From Candidatus Latescibacterota bacterium (GTDB lineage: Bacteria > Latescibacterota > UBA2968 > UBA8231), in contig CBDAOB010000005.1 of NCBI GenBank assembly GCA_965197905.1, positions 1,312,001-1,376,000 on the forward strand: 64,000 nt of DNA, given 5' to 3'. The position numbers and the translations under genes were made by a program. Position 1 is the first letter of the stretch, and each line of letters opens with the position of its first letter. Of the stretch, positions 9,377-19,202 are shown one piece after another. The notes under the pieces were generated by a model that saw only the letters and a list, made by a program, of their open reading frames with translations, was not told the DNA's origin and did not search any database.

Positions 9377-10755
9377 TTGCCGTTGGTGACGGCGTCGCCG
9401 AACAAGGTGTGGGAGGTGGTGTTGTGGACGGTGACGTCTGTCAGAGAGTTTGGCGGTGCCTGTTGTGGAAAGATCACTGTCTTTCCCTGTGGCGAGCGAC
9501 CGAACATATTCCGCGTTTCTCCGCTCTGCCGTCGTGACGGGCCCTCCACGAGAACCTGCTCGATTCCTCCTATCCTCTCCTGATTTATCTCGAAGGAAAT
9601 GCGCTCCTGTAGCTGGATCACCTGCTGCAGGCGCTCACCCTTTTCCGACTCTGGAACATCGTCCGGCATGTTCTTGCTGGCGTAGGTGCCGGAGCGCTCG
9701 GAATATTTGAAGGTGAAGGCTGAATCGAAGCGGATCTCTTGCATCAACTCACAGGTCAACTCGAAGTCGGCGTCCGTTTCGCCGCAGAAACCCACGATGA
9801 TATCGGTGGTGAGCGCTAAGTCGGGAATAGCGAGGCGCAGCCGCTCGACGAGGCGGCGGTAACCGGTCAGATCATAACCGCGCCGCATGGCGGCGAGCTG
9901 CGCATCCGAGCCACTCTGCACCGGCAGATGCAGCGAAGGGCACACCGCGGGGATCTCAGCCATTGCCCGAATCGTGCGATCGTGGAAATCCTTGGGATAG
10001 GGCGAGGTGAAACGAACCCGCATGATGTCCGGGACCTCACTCACCAAACGTAGCAGATCGGCGAAGTCAGTGGTGCCGTCGTTGTAGGAATTTACCGTTT
10101 GCCCCAACAGGGTTACCTCCCTGTACCCCGCTGCCGCAATCTTCTCGACCTGCCTCACGATTTCCGCCGCGCTCACGCTGCGCTCGCGGCCGCGAACAAA
10201 CGGCACAACACAAAAGGTGCAAAACTTGTCACAGCCCCGGATGGCGGTGACCCAGGCATTGGTCCCGACAGTGCGGGCGGGGTCTATTCCGGCATACGTC
10301 TCCCCCCGACTGAGGCGCAGATCCAGCAAGGTGTCGTCCGCCGTCTCCCGTAGGATGTCCGGCAGGCGTCGGTAGGAATCGGGCCCCATCACCAGGTCAA
10401 CAAACGGCGCGCGCTGGGGTAAGGTTGCGGCCAGGTGCTGCGCCATGCAGCCCAGGATACCGATGGTGAGCTGAGGGTTCCTGTTGCGCAGTCCGTGCAG
10501 CTGACTCGCCCTGCCGATGACCCGCTCCTCGGCGTGCTCCCGCACGGCGCAGGTGTTGATCAAGATGATGTCGGCGCCGTCCGGTCGGTCCACGATGCGA
10601 TAGCCCGCATCCCTGAGGATGCTGGTTACCAGCTCCGAGTCCGCGACGTTCATCTGGCAACCGTAGGTCTCAACGTAGACGCGGCGGATCCCATCAGTGG
10701 GTATCTCCACCGCCTCGGTGGCCGGCAACGTTTCGATGTTGGTAAGTTCAACCAT
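9373..10755 (-). CDS. miaB: tRNA-2-methylthio-N6-dimethylallyladenosine synthase
   Basis: ETYGCQMNVADSE, NTCAVRE, RGCDKFCTFCVVP radical SAM motif, TRAM C-terminus. Confidence 0.96.
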   Translation of the reverse strand: MVELTNIETLPATEAVEIPTDGIRRVYVETYGCQMNVADSELVTSILRDAGYRIVDRPDGADIILINTCAVREHAEERVIGRASQLHGLRNRNPQLTIGILGCMAQHLAATLPQRAPFVDLVMGPDSYRRLPDILRETADDTLLDLRLSRGETYAGIDPARTVGTNAWVTAIRGCDKFCTFCVVPFVRGRERSVSAAEIVRQVEKIAAAGYREVTLLGQTVNSYNDGTTDFADLLRLVSEVPDIMRVRFTSPYPKDFHDRTIRAMAEIPAVCPSLHLPVQSGSDAQLAAMRRGYDLTGYRRLVERLRLAIPDLALTTDIIVGFCGETDADFELTCELMQEIRFDSAFTFKYSERSGTYASKNMPDDVPESEKGERLQQVIQLQERISFEINQERIGGIEQVLVEGPSRRQSGETRNMFGRSPQGKTVIFPQQAPPNSLTDVTVHNTTSHTLFGDAVTNGN

Positions 10756-12088
10756 GTCTCACGGTCGTCTCGCCAAATACAAGATCCTCTCGCGCCTGCC
10801 CAACTCGCACCGTGTCGAACTGGTTGGTGCCACCTTCCCCGGGCGCGAACAGGGCTTTGATGTAGTTGTCGGTCAACCCCGAAGAAAGTTCCGTTCCATT
10901 GACCTTCTCTTCCTCAACTAGCACCTCGATTTCCTCGCCGACGTGCTGTTGGTGGAAGTCGAGGCGTTTGCGCTCGCCGAGGCGAATCAACTCCTGGCTG
11001 CGGCGTTTTTTCGCCTCCGCCGACTGCTGATCGATCAGACGCTCGGCGGGCGTACCCTCCCGCTGCGAATAGGAGAACACGTGCAGGTAGGTCAGCGGTA
11101 AGTCGGCAATGAATGTCAAAGCTTCGGAAAACTGGCCATCGCTTTCTCCGGGGAATCCGACCATCACGTCGGCGCCAATGGCGCATTTGGGGACCTCTCT
11201 CGCCAACCTTTCCACAAGACTCTGATACTCGGCGCTCCCATATCTCCGTCCCATGCGGCGCAACACGCGGTCGTCTCCGCTTTGTAGCGGAATGTGAAAA
11301 TGGCGACATAGCTTATCTGACGTGACGGCAAACTCGATCAAGGCCTCCGAAAAGTATCCGGGCTCCACGGAATTCAAACGCACGCGGGACAGGCCTTCGA
11401 TCGTCTCCATCTGCTCCAGCAAAAATACCAGCGCTTCGGGTTCCTGACGGTCGTAACCGTAGCTGCCGGTGTGTACGCCGGTAAGGGCGAGCTCTCGATA
11501 TCCGGCAGCCGCCATCGATCGAGCCTGTTCGACAATCTCGGGAATCGGTCGACTTCGGCCGGGACCGCGCACCGCGGGGATGATACAATAGGTGCAGTGC
11601 TCGTCGCAGCCGTCTTGAATCTGCAAGGCGCCGCGAGTCCGTCCTAGATCGACCGCTCCGCGCTGTTGTAGAAAACCGCTGGGCGAGACGGCGCTTGGCG
11701 AAATCTCCAGGTCTCGACCTTCGAGCCGTAGATGTGACTTGAGCCGCTCGTGCAGGTTCGACTTGGCGTTATTGTCAACGACCAGGCTGGCACCCGCTTC
11801 CTCGAGCTCATGCGGTCGTCGGTGCGCGTAACATCCCGTGGCGACCACCGTCGCCTCGGGGTTAGTGCGCCTGGCGCGACGTACCGCCTTGCGTGAATCG
11901 GCATCTCCCGAACCGGTCACGGTACAGGTGTTGATCACATAGATGTCTGCCGGATCGACAAACGGCACGATGCGGCAGTCTGACGTGTCGAATCCGAACT
12001 TCAGCGCATCGATCTCGTACTGATTCAGCTTGCAGCCAACGCTCTTGAAGGCAACTCGCAGAGGGGATGTGGTTTGCTGCGTGTCCAT
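10748..12088 (-). CDS. mtaB: tRNA t6A37 methylthiotransferase
   Basis: GCKLNQYE, INTCTVT, QDGCDEHCTYCIIP, HVFSYSQREGT, GLTDNYI. Confidence 0.93.
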   Translation of the reverse strand: MDTQQTTSPLRVAFKSVGCKLNQYEIDALKFGFDTSDCRIVPFVDPADIYVINTCTVTGSGDADSRKAVRRARRTNPEATVVATGCYAHRRPHELEEAGASLVVDNNAKSNLHERLKSHLRLEGRDLEISPSAVSPSGFLQQRGAVDLGRTRGALQIQDGCDEHCTYCIIPAVRGPGRSRPIPEIVEQARSMAAAGYRELALTGVHTGSYGYDRQEPEALVFLLEQMETIEGLSRVRLNSVEPGYFSEALIEFAVTSDKLCRHFHIPLQSGDDRVLRRMGRRYGSAEYQSLVERLAREVPKCAIGADVMVGFPGESDGQFSEALTFIADLPLTYLHVFSYSQREGTPAERLIDQQSAEAKKRRSQELIRLGERKRLDFHQQHVGEEIEVLVEEEKVNGTELSSGLTDNYIKALFAPGEGGTNQFDTVRVGQAREDLVFGETTVRHG

Positions 12089-12193
12089 TCCTATCAGTCT
12101 CCGTAATGCTGAAACTTAGACGGTCGGTTGGGAATAGGCAACGCGTCGGTCGTTCAGTCCGCGGACCGGTTGCATTCTAGCTGGGAAATTTCC

Positions 12194-14431
12194 TCAAGCG
12201 GGTTCGAGTTGGGCGTAAGCGACGGCCACCTTCTTTATCCGATTGTTTCCAAAGCGGATGGATAGCTTGAGATCGGCACCGACTCCTTCGCTGGATTCGA
12301 TGCGTCCCCGTCCCCAGGTGGGATGCAGCACCCAGTTGCCTACGCTCAGGAAATCGTCGCCGGCCTCAGCGTAATCGTAACTCGGGGTGGCGGATTCGTC
12401 CCATTCGTAGTGAACGCCCTGCTTGGCGGGTTGTTTCTCAGGAGGGGGCGGCAGTATCCGCCGCGGCCGCCGTGGAGCGGAGTAGGACTGGTGTCGCGAT
12501 CTGTTCTTGTGCAAAAGGTCGGTCGGAATCTCATCGACGAATCGCGAGGGAGCCGATTCGCGAAACGCTCCGAACGCGAAACGGCGCTCGGCGTGAGAAA
12601 GGTAGAGTCGCTCGCGGGCGCGGGTGATTCCAACATAGAATAGTCGCCGTTCCTCCTCCAGAGATTCGGGATTGGTGCGAGCTTCTTCCAACGCTCTCGC
12701 CGTGGGAAAGAGATCCTCTTCCAGGCCGCAGATGAACACGATCGGGAACTCCAGTCCTTTGGCGCTGTGCAGCGTCATCAAGGTGATCGCCTCGTCCTCA
12801 TAGGACAGTTCGTCGGTGGGGGACATCAACGATTTGGCTTCCAGGAACTCCTCGAGGGTCGGATTCTCTTCTTCTTGACTGAATTCTGCCATGTCCGCAA
12901 TCAGCTGATCCACATTCTGCTCCCTCACCTCCGCCTCCGGGGTTCCCTCGGTTCTCAACATCTCCCGGTAGCCCGACTGCTCGAACACCTCCATTCCCAG
13001 GGAGGGCAGGTTGAGTTCGTCGAGCCGCTCGCGTAGCGACTTGATCATGGTATTGAATAAGCCCAGTTGTTTTCTGGAACGCGAGTTGAGCGCCGTGATC
13101 TCCGCAAGATGGTTCAGGGAATCGGTCAGCGGCAGGCGGTGTTGCCTGCCGTATTCCGCCAGGGTTCCGAGAGTCGTATCGCCGATCCCGCGCTTGGGAA
13201 CGTTGACGATGCGCCGCAGGCTAACGTCGTCGGCCGGATTGATCAAGATTCTCAGGTACGCGAGAAGGTCTTTGATCTCCCGGCGTTCGTAGAATCGCAG
13301 GCCGCCAACGATTTCGTATTTGATGCCGGCTCCCTGTAGCTCCTGCTCGAGCGCCCGCGATTGGGCGTTGGTGCGGTACAATACGGCCATGTCCTTGGCT
13401 GTGTGTACTCCGAAATGGCCGGAGATGGTCTCAGTGATTTGGCGCGCCTCTCCCCGGTCGTCGGCGCATTCCGACAACTCGATCGGATCGCCCTCCGCTC
13501 CTTCGGTCCAGAGATTTTTGCCCTTGCGACGCTGGTTGTTCTGAATGACCGCGTTGGCAGCGGCGAGGATTCGCCCGGTCGAACGGTAATTCTGCTCCAG
13601 GCGCACCGTCTTTGCATCCGGATAATCTCGTTCAAAGTCGAGTATGTTGCGGATGTCGGCGCCGCGAAACTGATAGATCGACTGATCGTCGTCCCCTACA
13701 CAACAGATGTTGCGGTGTTGTTTGGCAAGCAGTCGAGTCAGGAGGTATTGTGGACGGTTCGTGTCCTGGTATTCGTCGATAAGAACGTGCTGAAACCGGG
13801 TCTGGTAATCTTCGAGAACCTCGTTGTTATCCTGTAGACGACGCACTAATTCTACCAGAAGGTCGTCGAAGTCCATCGCGTTGTTCTGGGCCAGCGCCTG
13901 CTGATACGCTGCGTATACCTCGGCTAGCTGCCGTTTCTGATATGAGCTTCCTGCCTCTTGGCCGAAACGGGTGGCGTCGATCATGGCGTTCTTGGCGCGG
14001 CTGATCTGGCCGACGACCGATCGCGGCGTCAAATCATCCGGATTGATGTCCAAATTCTTCAATACGGTCCGCACTAGGGCCCGTCGGTCCTCCTCGTCGT
14101 AGATGGTGAAGCGAGAGTCGACGCCAAGCCGGGCCCCGTCGAACCGCAGGATCTTGGCGCAGATGGCGTGAAAGGTGCCGAGCCATATGTCGCGGGATTC
14201 GTCTCCCACCAGATCCACAACCCGCTGGCGCATTTCGCCGGCCGCTTTATTGGTGAAGGTGACGGCGAGAATCTTCCACGGCAGTACGCTGGCTTCTTTG
14301 ATCAGATGCGCAATGCGATAGGTAAGAACCCGGGTCTTTCCGGATCCAGCTCCGGCGAGAACCAATAACGGTCCCGATCTGATTTCGGCGGCTTCTCGCT
14401 GGGCCGGGTTGAGATCGTCGAGAAAATTCAT
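12194..14431 (-). CDS. pcrA: ATP-dependent DNA helicase PcrA/UvrD
   Basis: LAGAGSGKT, DEYQDTN, VGDDDQSIY, LEQNYRST, TLHSAKGLEF, C-terminal Tudor-like HPTWGRG domain. Confidence 0.95.
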   Translation of the reverse strand: MNFLDDLNPAQREAAEIRSGPLLVLAGAGSGKTRVLTYRIAHLIKEASVLPWKILAVTFTNKAAGEMRQRVVDLVGDESRDIWLGTFHAICAKILRFDGARLGVDSRFTIYDEEDRRALVRTVLKNLDINPDDLTPRSVVGQISRAKNAMIDATRFGQEAGSSYQKRQLAEVYAAYQQALAQNNAMDFDDLLVELVRRLQDNNEVLEDYQTRFQHVLIDEYQDTNRPQYLLTRLLAKQHRNICCVGDDDQSIYQFRGADIRNILDFERDYPDAKTVRLEQNYRSTGRILAAANAVIQNNQRRKGKNLWTEGAEGDPIELSECADDRGEARQITETISGHFGVHTAKDMAVLYRTNAQSRALEQELQGAGIKYEIVGGLRFYERREIKDLLAYLRILINPADDVSLRRIVNVPKRGIGDTTLGTLAEYGRQHRLPLTDSLNHLAEITALNSRSRKQLGLFNTMIKSLRERLDELNLPSLGMEVFEQSGYREMLRTEGTPEAEVREQNVDQLIADMAEFSQEEENPTLEEFLEAKSLMSPTDELSYEDEAITLMTLHSAKGLEFPIVFICGLEEDLFPTARALEEARTNPESLEEERRLFYVGITRARERLYLSHAERRFAFGAFRESAPSRFVDEIPTDLLHKNRSRHQSYSAPRRPRRILPPPPEKQPAKQGVHYEWDESATPSYDYAEAGDDFLSVGNWVLHPTWGRGRIESSEGVGADLKLSIRFGNNRIKKVAVAYAQLEPA

Positions 14432-14452
14432 TCTAGAGAGGTCGAACCGACG

Positions 14453-15490
14453 CTAGTTGGCGAGTCTCGCGCGCCGACGTTCGAGGCGCAGAGTGCGCTT
14501 GGCCTGTTCGTGCTCCTTGTTCGTGCGGCTGAAGATATGGCCGCCGTCCCCGCGGGCGACGAAATACAGATACTCGGTATCCGCTGGAAACAGGGTGGCC
14601 ATGATGGATGCACGGCCGGGATTGCCGATGGGCCCTGGGGGCAGGCCGCGGTGCCGGTATGTATTGAATGGGGAGTCTACCTGGAGGTCGGCGTTGGTCA
14701 ATCGTTTCTTGTGCACTCCGAGCGCGTACTCCACGGTGGCGCAGGATGCCAATCGCCGATTGAAATCGAGCCGGCGTTGAAAGACGGCCGAGATGACGGG
14801 CCTTTCCGCCGGGATGCGCGCTTCTCTCTCCACGATGGAGGCGAGGGTTACCGCCTGATGCAAGCTCATCCCGATCATCGGCAATCGCCGGTGAAGCGAA
14901 TCGGCAAACACCACGCGAAATTCATCGACCATACGTGCGACGACCTCCTCCTCCGTTGCGTCTAAATCCAGAAAGTAGGTCTCGGGGAAGAGGTACCCCT
15001 CCATGGTCGGTGCCTCAATGCCAAGCCGAGACAGGAAGGCGGGATCCTCGGTCAGCGCGACAATACGCGCCGAATCGAGAGTTGTCTGGCGACTCAGCTG
15101 CGACGCGGTCTCGTGACGAGTTAGTCCTTCCGGGATGGTAACGCGCTGGGTTTGGATGGGTGCGCGCAAGAGGTCTTCTAGGAGAGCACTCGTACTCCTG
15201 GTGCCATCGAGCCGATAGGTTCCCGCCTCGAGCTTATGCGCCTGTTTCCTGACCCGCGCCAACCATTCGAAGATCCGCGCATCGCGAATCAATCCCCTCT
15301 CGTAAAGCAGGTCGCCGATGGCTCGCGCGCTCATGCCCGGATCGATGCGTACATCTCTTGCTTGTCTCATTCCGGTCGGGCGGTTGAGCATCCAAACCGC
15401 CAACGCGGTGCCGGCGGCGGCAGAGCCGCTCAACAGCACCAGAATCAACAGGACGATCTTGTAATTGCGAACTATCAAGGTCGTGGACAT
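14453..15490 (-). CDS. mltG: Endolytic transglycosylase MltG (YceG)
   Basis: N-terminal TM, TIPEG, EGYLFPETY, LASIVERE, SPFNTY..GLPPGPIGNPG, YLYFVA. Confidence 0.95.
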   Translation of the reverse strand: MSTTLIVRNYKIVLLILVLLSGSAAAGTALAVWMLNRPTGMRQARDVRIDPGMSARAIGDLLYERGLIRDARIFEWLARVRKQAHKLEAGTYRLDGTRSTSALLEDLLRAPIQTQRVTIPEGLTRHETASQLSRQTTLDSARIVALTEDPAFLSRLGIEAPTMEGYLFPETYFLDLDATEEEVVARMVDEFRVVFADSLHRRLPMIGMSLHQAVTLASIVEREARIPAERPVISAVFQRRLDFNRRLASCATVEYALGVHKKRLTNADLQVDSPFNTYRHRGLPPGPIGNPGRASIMATLFPADTEYLYFVARGDGGHIFSRTNKEHEQAKRTLRLERRRARLAN

Positions 15491-15581
15491 CGGTGGGGCA
15501 GGGTCGAGCAATTCTGGGTTGGGTGGGGGGAGGAGATAGTACTATCAGCCCCGTTTCGGTGCAAGAAAGGGCGGAATGCGC

Positions 15582-16799
15582 TTACTCGCTGCGAAACAGG
15601 GTGAGAAAGAAGTCGTGAACATGGGGGCTGAGGGGCATCGGTTTTGAGGTGGTGGTCTCTACCTCTTCGCCGGCCGGGGACGCCACGTATTCAGTCTCTG
15701 AATTAGAGCGCGAATCCGAACTCATCCGCGACTTGAATTCGTTGTACCTCTTTCTCCGATTGGAGTAATCGGAGGCGAGATTGCGCAGGAATCCGTTGTG
15801 TTCGGTGGCCCAGGCGTCGCGGGCGCTCTCGAGCTCATCACACACCGAGTCAAAGAGCTCGTCCTGCCCCCAACAGCGTTGGTGGGCGCTCAGATGCACC
15901 AGATTGTCTCCCGATAACAGCGCCGTACCCGAGACGCCATTGCCGGTAAAGGCGAGGGAGCGACCGGCGCTTTTGAGACTGCGGCTCTGCAGTACGAGGT
16001 TGTTCTTGCTGGCTTCAGCAATTTCGGCCAGTACCGTCTTTACCCTGTTCGGGGAGACGACGTTGCTTCCCGACTGGGTAATCGCGTCCACCAGTGCGCT
16101 GCGAAGAACTGAGTCGTAGCGATCTTCCAGAATCTCGGGATCGGTGTAGAGTTCGACGAAGAGGTCGTGACCGACGGCGGAGATGGTGCCGACCTGTCCC
16201 GGACGCCGCGGAAACAGGTCGCTGAGGTTATGCATCTCGAAGGCGTTGTCGTTCATGACGGCATGAAGGTCATGGGTCTTCGAAACCGTACCGGCCATAT
16301 TAAGGTAGGACTTCACCTTCTCCCATACTTCGTACTGGGGAATCTCTCCCGATCGTGCCAGGTTCTCCATTTTGAATGAACGCAAGTACCAAGGGCAGGT
16401 GCTGGACTGGGTAAAACGAGCCTGGTATTCGGTGGGTTGTCCTTCCTCGACGCAATTCACTGGTAGTGACGCGCGACAGTACGGTGGGACAAGGCAGCTG
16501 TACTGCAGGGACCGCAGTTGGGTGGGGCCGAGCAACACGTCGGATTCACCGGCCAGAACCGACGCCGGCAGCGGATTTTCTACATGCACCCGGTTCACCA
16601 ATCCGGTATCGTGGAGACTCACTCCACGGCGCATCGCTTCCGAAAGCGTTATCAGGGGCGAAGGATGGGGATCCAGTGAGGGCGGAAACAGGGGATACAC
16701 CACCATGTTCGGCACGCGGCCGAGACGATCGAATTGCGGCGGACCGACAACGATGCTGTCGAGGCGATCCTGGAGGAATTTCGACAGAGAAAAGGGCAT
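15582..16799 (-). CDS. ARPP-1 / DUF6569-like domain protein with C-terminal extension
   Basis: NMVVYPL, LITLSEAM, VNRVHVEN, GESDVLLGPTQLR, VNCVEEG, QYEVW pattern recalled for this family; ATG at 16799 immediately after upstream stop. Confidence 0.65.
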   Translation of the reverse strand: MPFSLSKFLQDRLDSIVVGPPQFDRLGRVPNMVVYPLFPPSLDPHPSPLITLSEAMRRGVSLHDTGLVNRVHVENPLPASVLAGESDVLLGPTQLRSLQYSCLVPPYCRASLPVNCVEEGQPTEYQARFTQSSTCPWYLRSFKMENLARSGEIPQYEVWEKVKSYLNMAGTVSKTHDLHAVMNDNAFEMHNLSDLFPRRPGQVGTISAVGHDLFVELYTDPEILEDRYDSVLRSALVDAITQSGSNVVSPNRVKTVLAEIAEASKNNLVLQSRSLKSAGRSLAFTGNGVSGTALLSGDNLVHLSAHQRCWGQDELFDSVCDELESARDAWATEHNGFLRNLASDYSNRRKRYNEFKSRMSSDSRSNSETEYVASPAGEEVETTTSKPMPLSPHVHDFFLTLFRSE

Positions 16800-16800
16800 G

Positions 16801-17310
16801 CTACGCCAGCGCCGCCGCGAAGTTAAAAGCGCCCACCCCGAATGCCAGACTGCAGTAGCCGGCGAGAACGGCCAGTCCCACAAAGAGTGGCAGCAGGACC
16901 ACCATGGCGTAGTCCGGGTTGGCGTCTTGGGCGCTTCTCAGCTCGAGCACGGCAAGGGTGGCGTCGTGACCGAGAATCGTGCCTATGGAAGCGGTGACCG
17001 CGGCGAGAACCGTCTGGAGCTGAGACCAGCGGAGGAAATAGTCGAGAAGGAATACGGCCGATATGGCCAGCACCAGGCAGAGAGGCCAGCGCAGGTGTCC
17101 ACCGAGAACGCGGTGAAGACGCATGAAGTATATTACCGCCGCGGCGTAGGGCCCGAGGGCAAACATGCCTAGGCTTATGCCGATGGCCACTGTCAGAATG
17201 AGCTTGGGGTGCGGGCCCCAGAGGGCAATGGCGACACCGACGCCGAACCAGATGGCCATAAGTGGCCAGGCGTTCCACATACGATCGGAAAAGCTAACCG
17301 CGGAATTCAT
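16801..17310 (-). CDS. Hypothetical multi-pass membrane protein
   Basis: About five hydrophobic segments in 169 aa; stop abuts the next start. Confidence 0.6.
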   Translation of the reverse strand: MNSAVSFSDRMWNAWPLMAIWFGVGVAIALWGPHPKLILTVAIGISLGMFALGPYAAAVIYFMRLHRVLGGHLRWPLCLVLAISAVFLLDYFLRWSQLQTVLAAVTASIGTILGHDATLAVLELRSAQDANPDYAMVVLLPLFVGLAVLAGYCSLAFGVGAFNFAAALA

Positions 17311-17396
17311 TTCGATGGTTGTTCGCTGGGATTAGATCAATGCCTGGCGGAAATACCGCCTAAACTACATATCGGCAGATCTGCGGATCTCCGCTC

Positions 17397-18380
17397 TCAC
17401 TGGTACTTTTCTTCCTCTGCCGAGCTGACGATCGTGGTGATCTTGACTACCCGTTTTTTACCGTTCAAACCCGGTCGCCCCAGAAATTTCGGTCGTTCGC
17501 CCACGATTACCACGGCGGGGTCGCTCTTGGCGGTGTCGAGCTTGACCACGTCTCCCTCTTGCAGACTGGAGAGCTCTTGGAGTGAGATGTGGCCGTTAGC
17601 CAACTCCACTACTATCGGCACCTGGATCTTGGCTAGAGCAGCTTTGGATGCGGGTGGGGGTTTTCGTTTCGGACTGGCGTTTGGCACCGGGCGCCGGGGC
17701 GCCAGTCTGGACAAGACCGGGTCCAGGGTCGTCATAGGGTAGCAGAGGTGAATCTGGCCCGTAACCCCTTTCGAATTCACCTCGAAGGCAAGAACGACTG
17801 CCGGATCGGAAGGACCAGCGATGCGAATGAATTCAGGATTTGATTCGAAGGAGACATCCCTCACTTCAACGGCCGCAGCCGTCTCCCAGGCGGCCTCAAG
17901 GTTGTTCAACACCGATGTGGCCAGACGATTGACCACCTTGCGTTCGATCTGCGTAAATGTCCGAGGCTCGAACTCGACCGAATTTCCATGCCCCCCGAAT
18001 GAGCGGTCTATGACCATCATCAATAGCTCTGGCGATATGGTGAGCAGGGCCGTGCCCCCGGGGGGTTCCAGAACGTAGCTGTAGCCGGCGCAGGGATTTG
18101 CGAGCCCTAGGATGAACTCACTGTAGGGGATTTCATCACAGACCCCCAGTTCGACGTCGACCACAAGTCGGGTCGAGCCGGAGAGGGAGGCGGCAGTCAA
18201 CCGTGCAAATTGCTCGTGGATGCCCTCGAGGAACCGTGTCTGCTCCGAACTGACCCGTTGCTGCCGTTTGAAATCGTAGGTAAGAGGTAGGGGCGCCGAC
18301 GAGCTCGAATCCGACCCCGAACCCGGTTTCTGGGCGTGCAGCAACTCGTGGAGTTCCTCTTCAGAAAGCCCTTCTGCCAC
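17397..18380 (-). CDS. fliM: Flagellar motor switch protein FliM
   Basis: LSEEELHELL CheY-binding-like N-terminus, YDFKR, IHEQFAR, FESNPEF, C-terminal SpoA domain (LQEGDVVKL, GRPG). Confidence 0.9.
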   Translation of the reverse strand: MAEGLSEEELHELLHAQKPGSGSDSSSSAPLPLTYDFKRQQRVSSEQTRFLEGIHEQFARLTAASLSGSTRLVVDVELGVCDEIPYSEFILGLANPCAGYSYVLEPPGGTALLTISPELLMMVIDRSFGGHGNSVEFEPRTFTQIERKVVNRLATSVLNNLEAAWETAAAVEVRDVSFESNPEFIRIAGPSDPAVVLAFEVNSKGVTGQIHLCYPMTTLDPVLSRLAPRRPVPNASPKRKPPPASKAALAKIQVPIVVELANGHISLQELSSLQEGDVVKLDTAKSDPAVVIVGERPKFLGRPGLNGKKRVVKITTIVSSAEEEKYQ

Positions 18381-18499
18381 GGTTCTCAGTCCGTCTCCGT
18401 ACCATGTATCTAGCTAGTACTAATGAACTTAGGGCGAACCACGTAGGTTGTTAACCAGTTCCAACTATAAAGGTATCGCAACCTGTTTCAAATGATGGG

Positions 18500-18526
18500 T
18501 AAAGTTTTTCTGCCCGCCGCCGATAA
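18500..18526 (+). promoter_or_regulatory. Sigma-28 (FliA) promoter upstream of fliS
   Basis: TAAAGTTT-N11-GCCGATAA, exact match to the sigma-28 consensus. Confidence 0.85.
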
Positions 18527-18638
18527 TGGAAGAGTGATTGATAATATTTAGTATTAAGTAGTATTAATCATACTCCCCGCTCGAATACTCCCCGTCCGCT
18601 AAATAGGACGGTCTAACATGCGATATAGGAGGCCAAGG

Positions 18639-19064
18639 ATGGTCAAGCATACTCTCACTCCAGGGATGAGTCAACGACAGGTTGTGCCCGCATGGAACAG
18701 AGAAAAGGGACAACTCCTGCTCAGGCTGTACGACAAAGCCATGCACTGCATGGCCGAAGCTGTGAGCATGATAGACGCCGGCGATGTCATCGGCAAAAGC
18801 GAACAGCTCATCCGGGCCCAGGATATCATTCTGCAGTTGAGTGACGCCCTGGACAAGAATTCGTTCGATCCAACCGCCCGTTCGATTACGCACAATCTCG
18901 AACGCCTATACCTATACATCTATAGGCGGCTGATTCATGGCAACCTCTCGATTGATCGCGGGGCTGTTCTGGAAGCTCGGCGTCTCATGCAGACGTTGTA
19001 CTCAGCATGGTCTCAAGCGGTCGCCGAAGGTCCGGCCACACTAGAGGTTCAACTGGCAGGCTAA
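18639..19064 (+). CDS. fliS: Flagellar export chaperone FliS
   Basis: QLLLRLYDKA, RAQDIILQLSDALD, NLERLYLYI, LYSAWSQ; AGGAGG RBS before ATG 18639. Confidence 0.88.
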   Translation: MVKHTLTPGMSQRQVVPAWNREKGQLLLRLYDKAMHCMAEAVSMIDAGDVIGKSEQLIRAQDIILQLSDALDKNSFDPTARSITHNLERLYLYIYRRLIHGNLSIDRGAVLEARRLMQTLYSAWSQAVAEGPATLEVQLAG

Positions 19065-19202
19065 GCCATCAAGAGCTGCAGGGCCTGGTCTACCGTGATT
19101 TCTTGACGGACGCCATCGTTTGGCGTTATTAGTCCTCGCTTTTTTCACTGCGAGGGGCCGCCAGGAAAGGGCCGGGCTACCGTAAAAATACGAGAACCCC
19201 AT

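Noticed and set aside
17369..17396. Second sigma-28 promoter (GCCGATAT on minus strand)
   Set aside because: No TAAA-like -35 element at the correct spacing.
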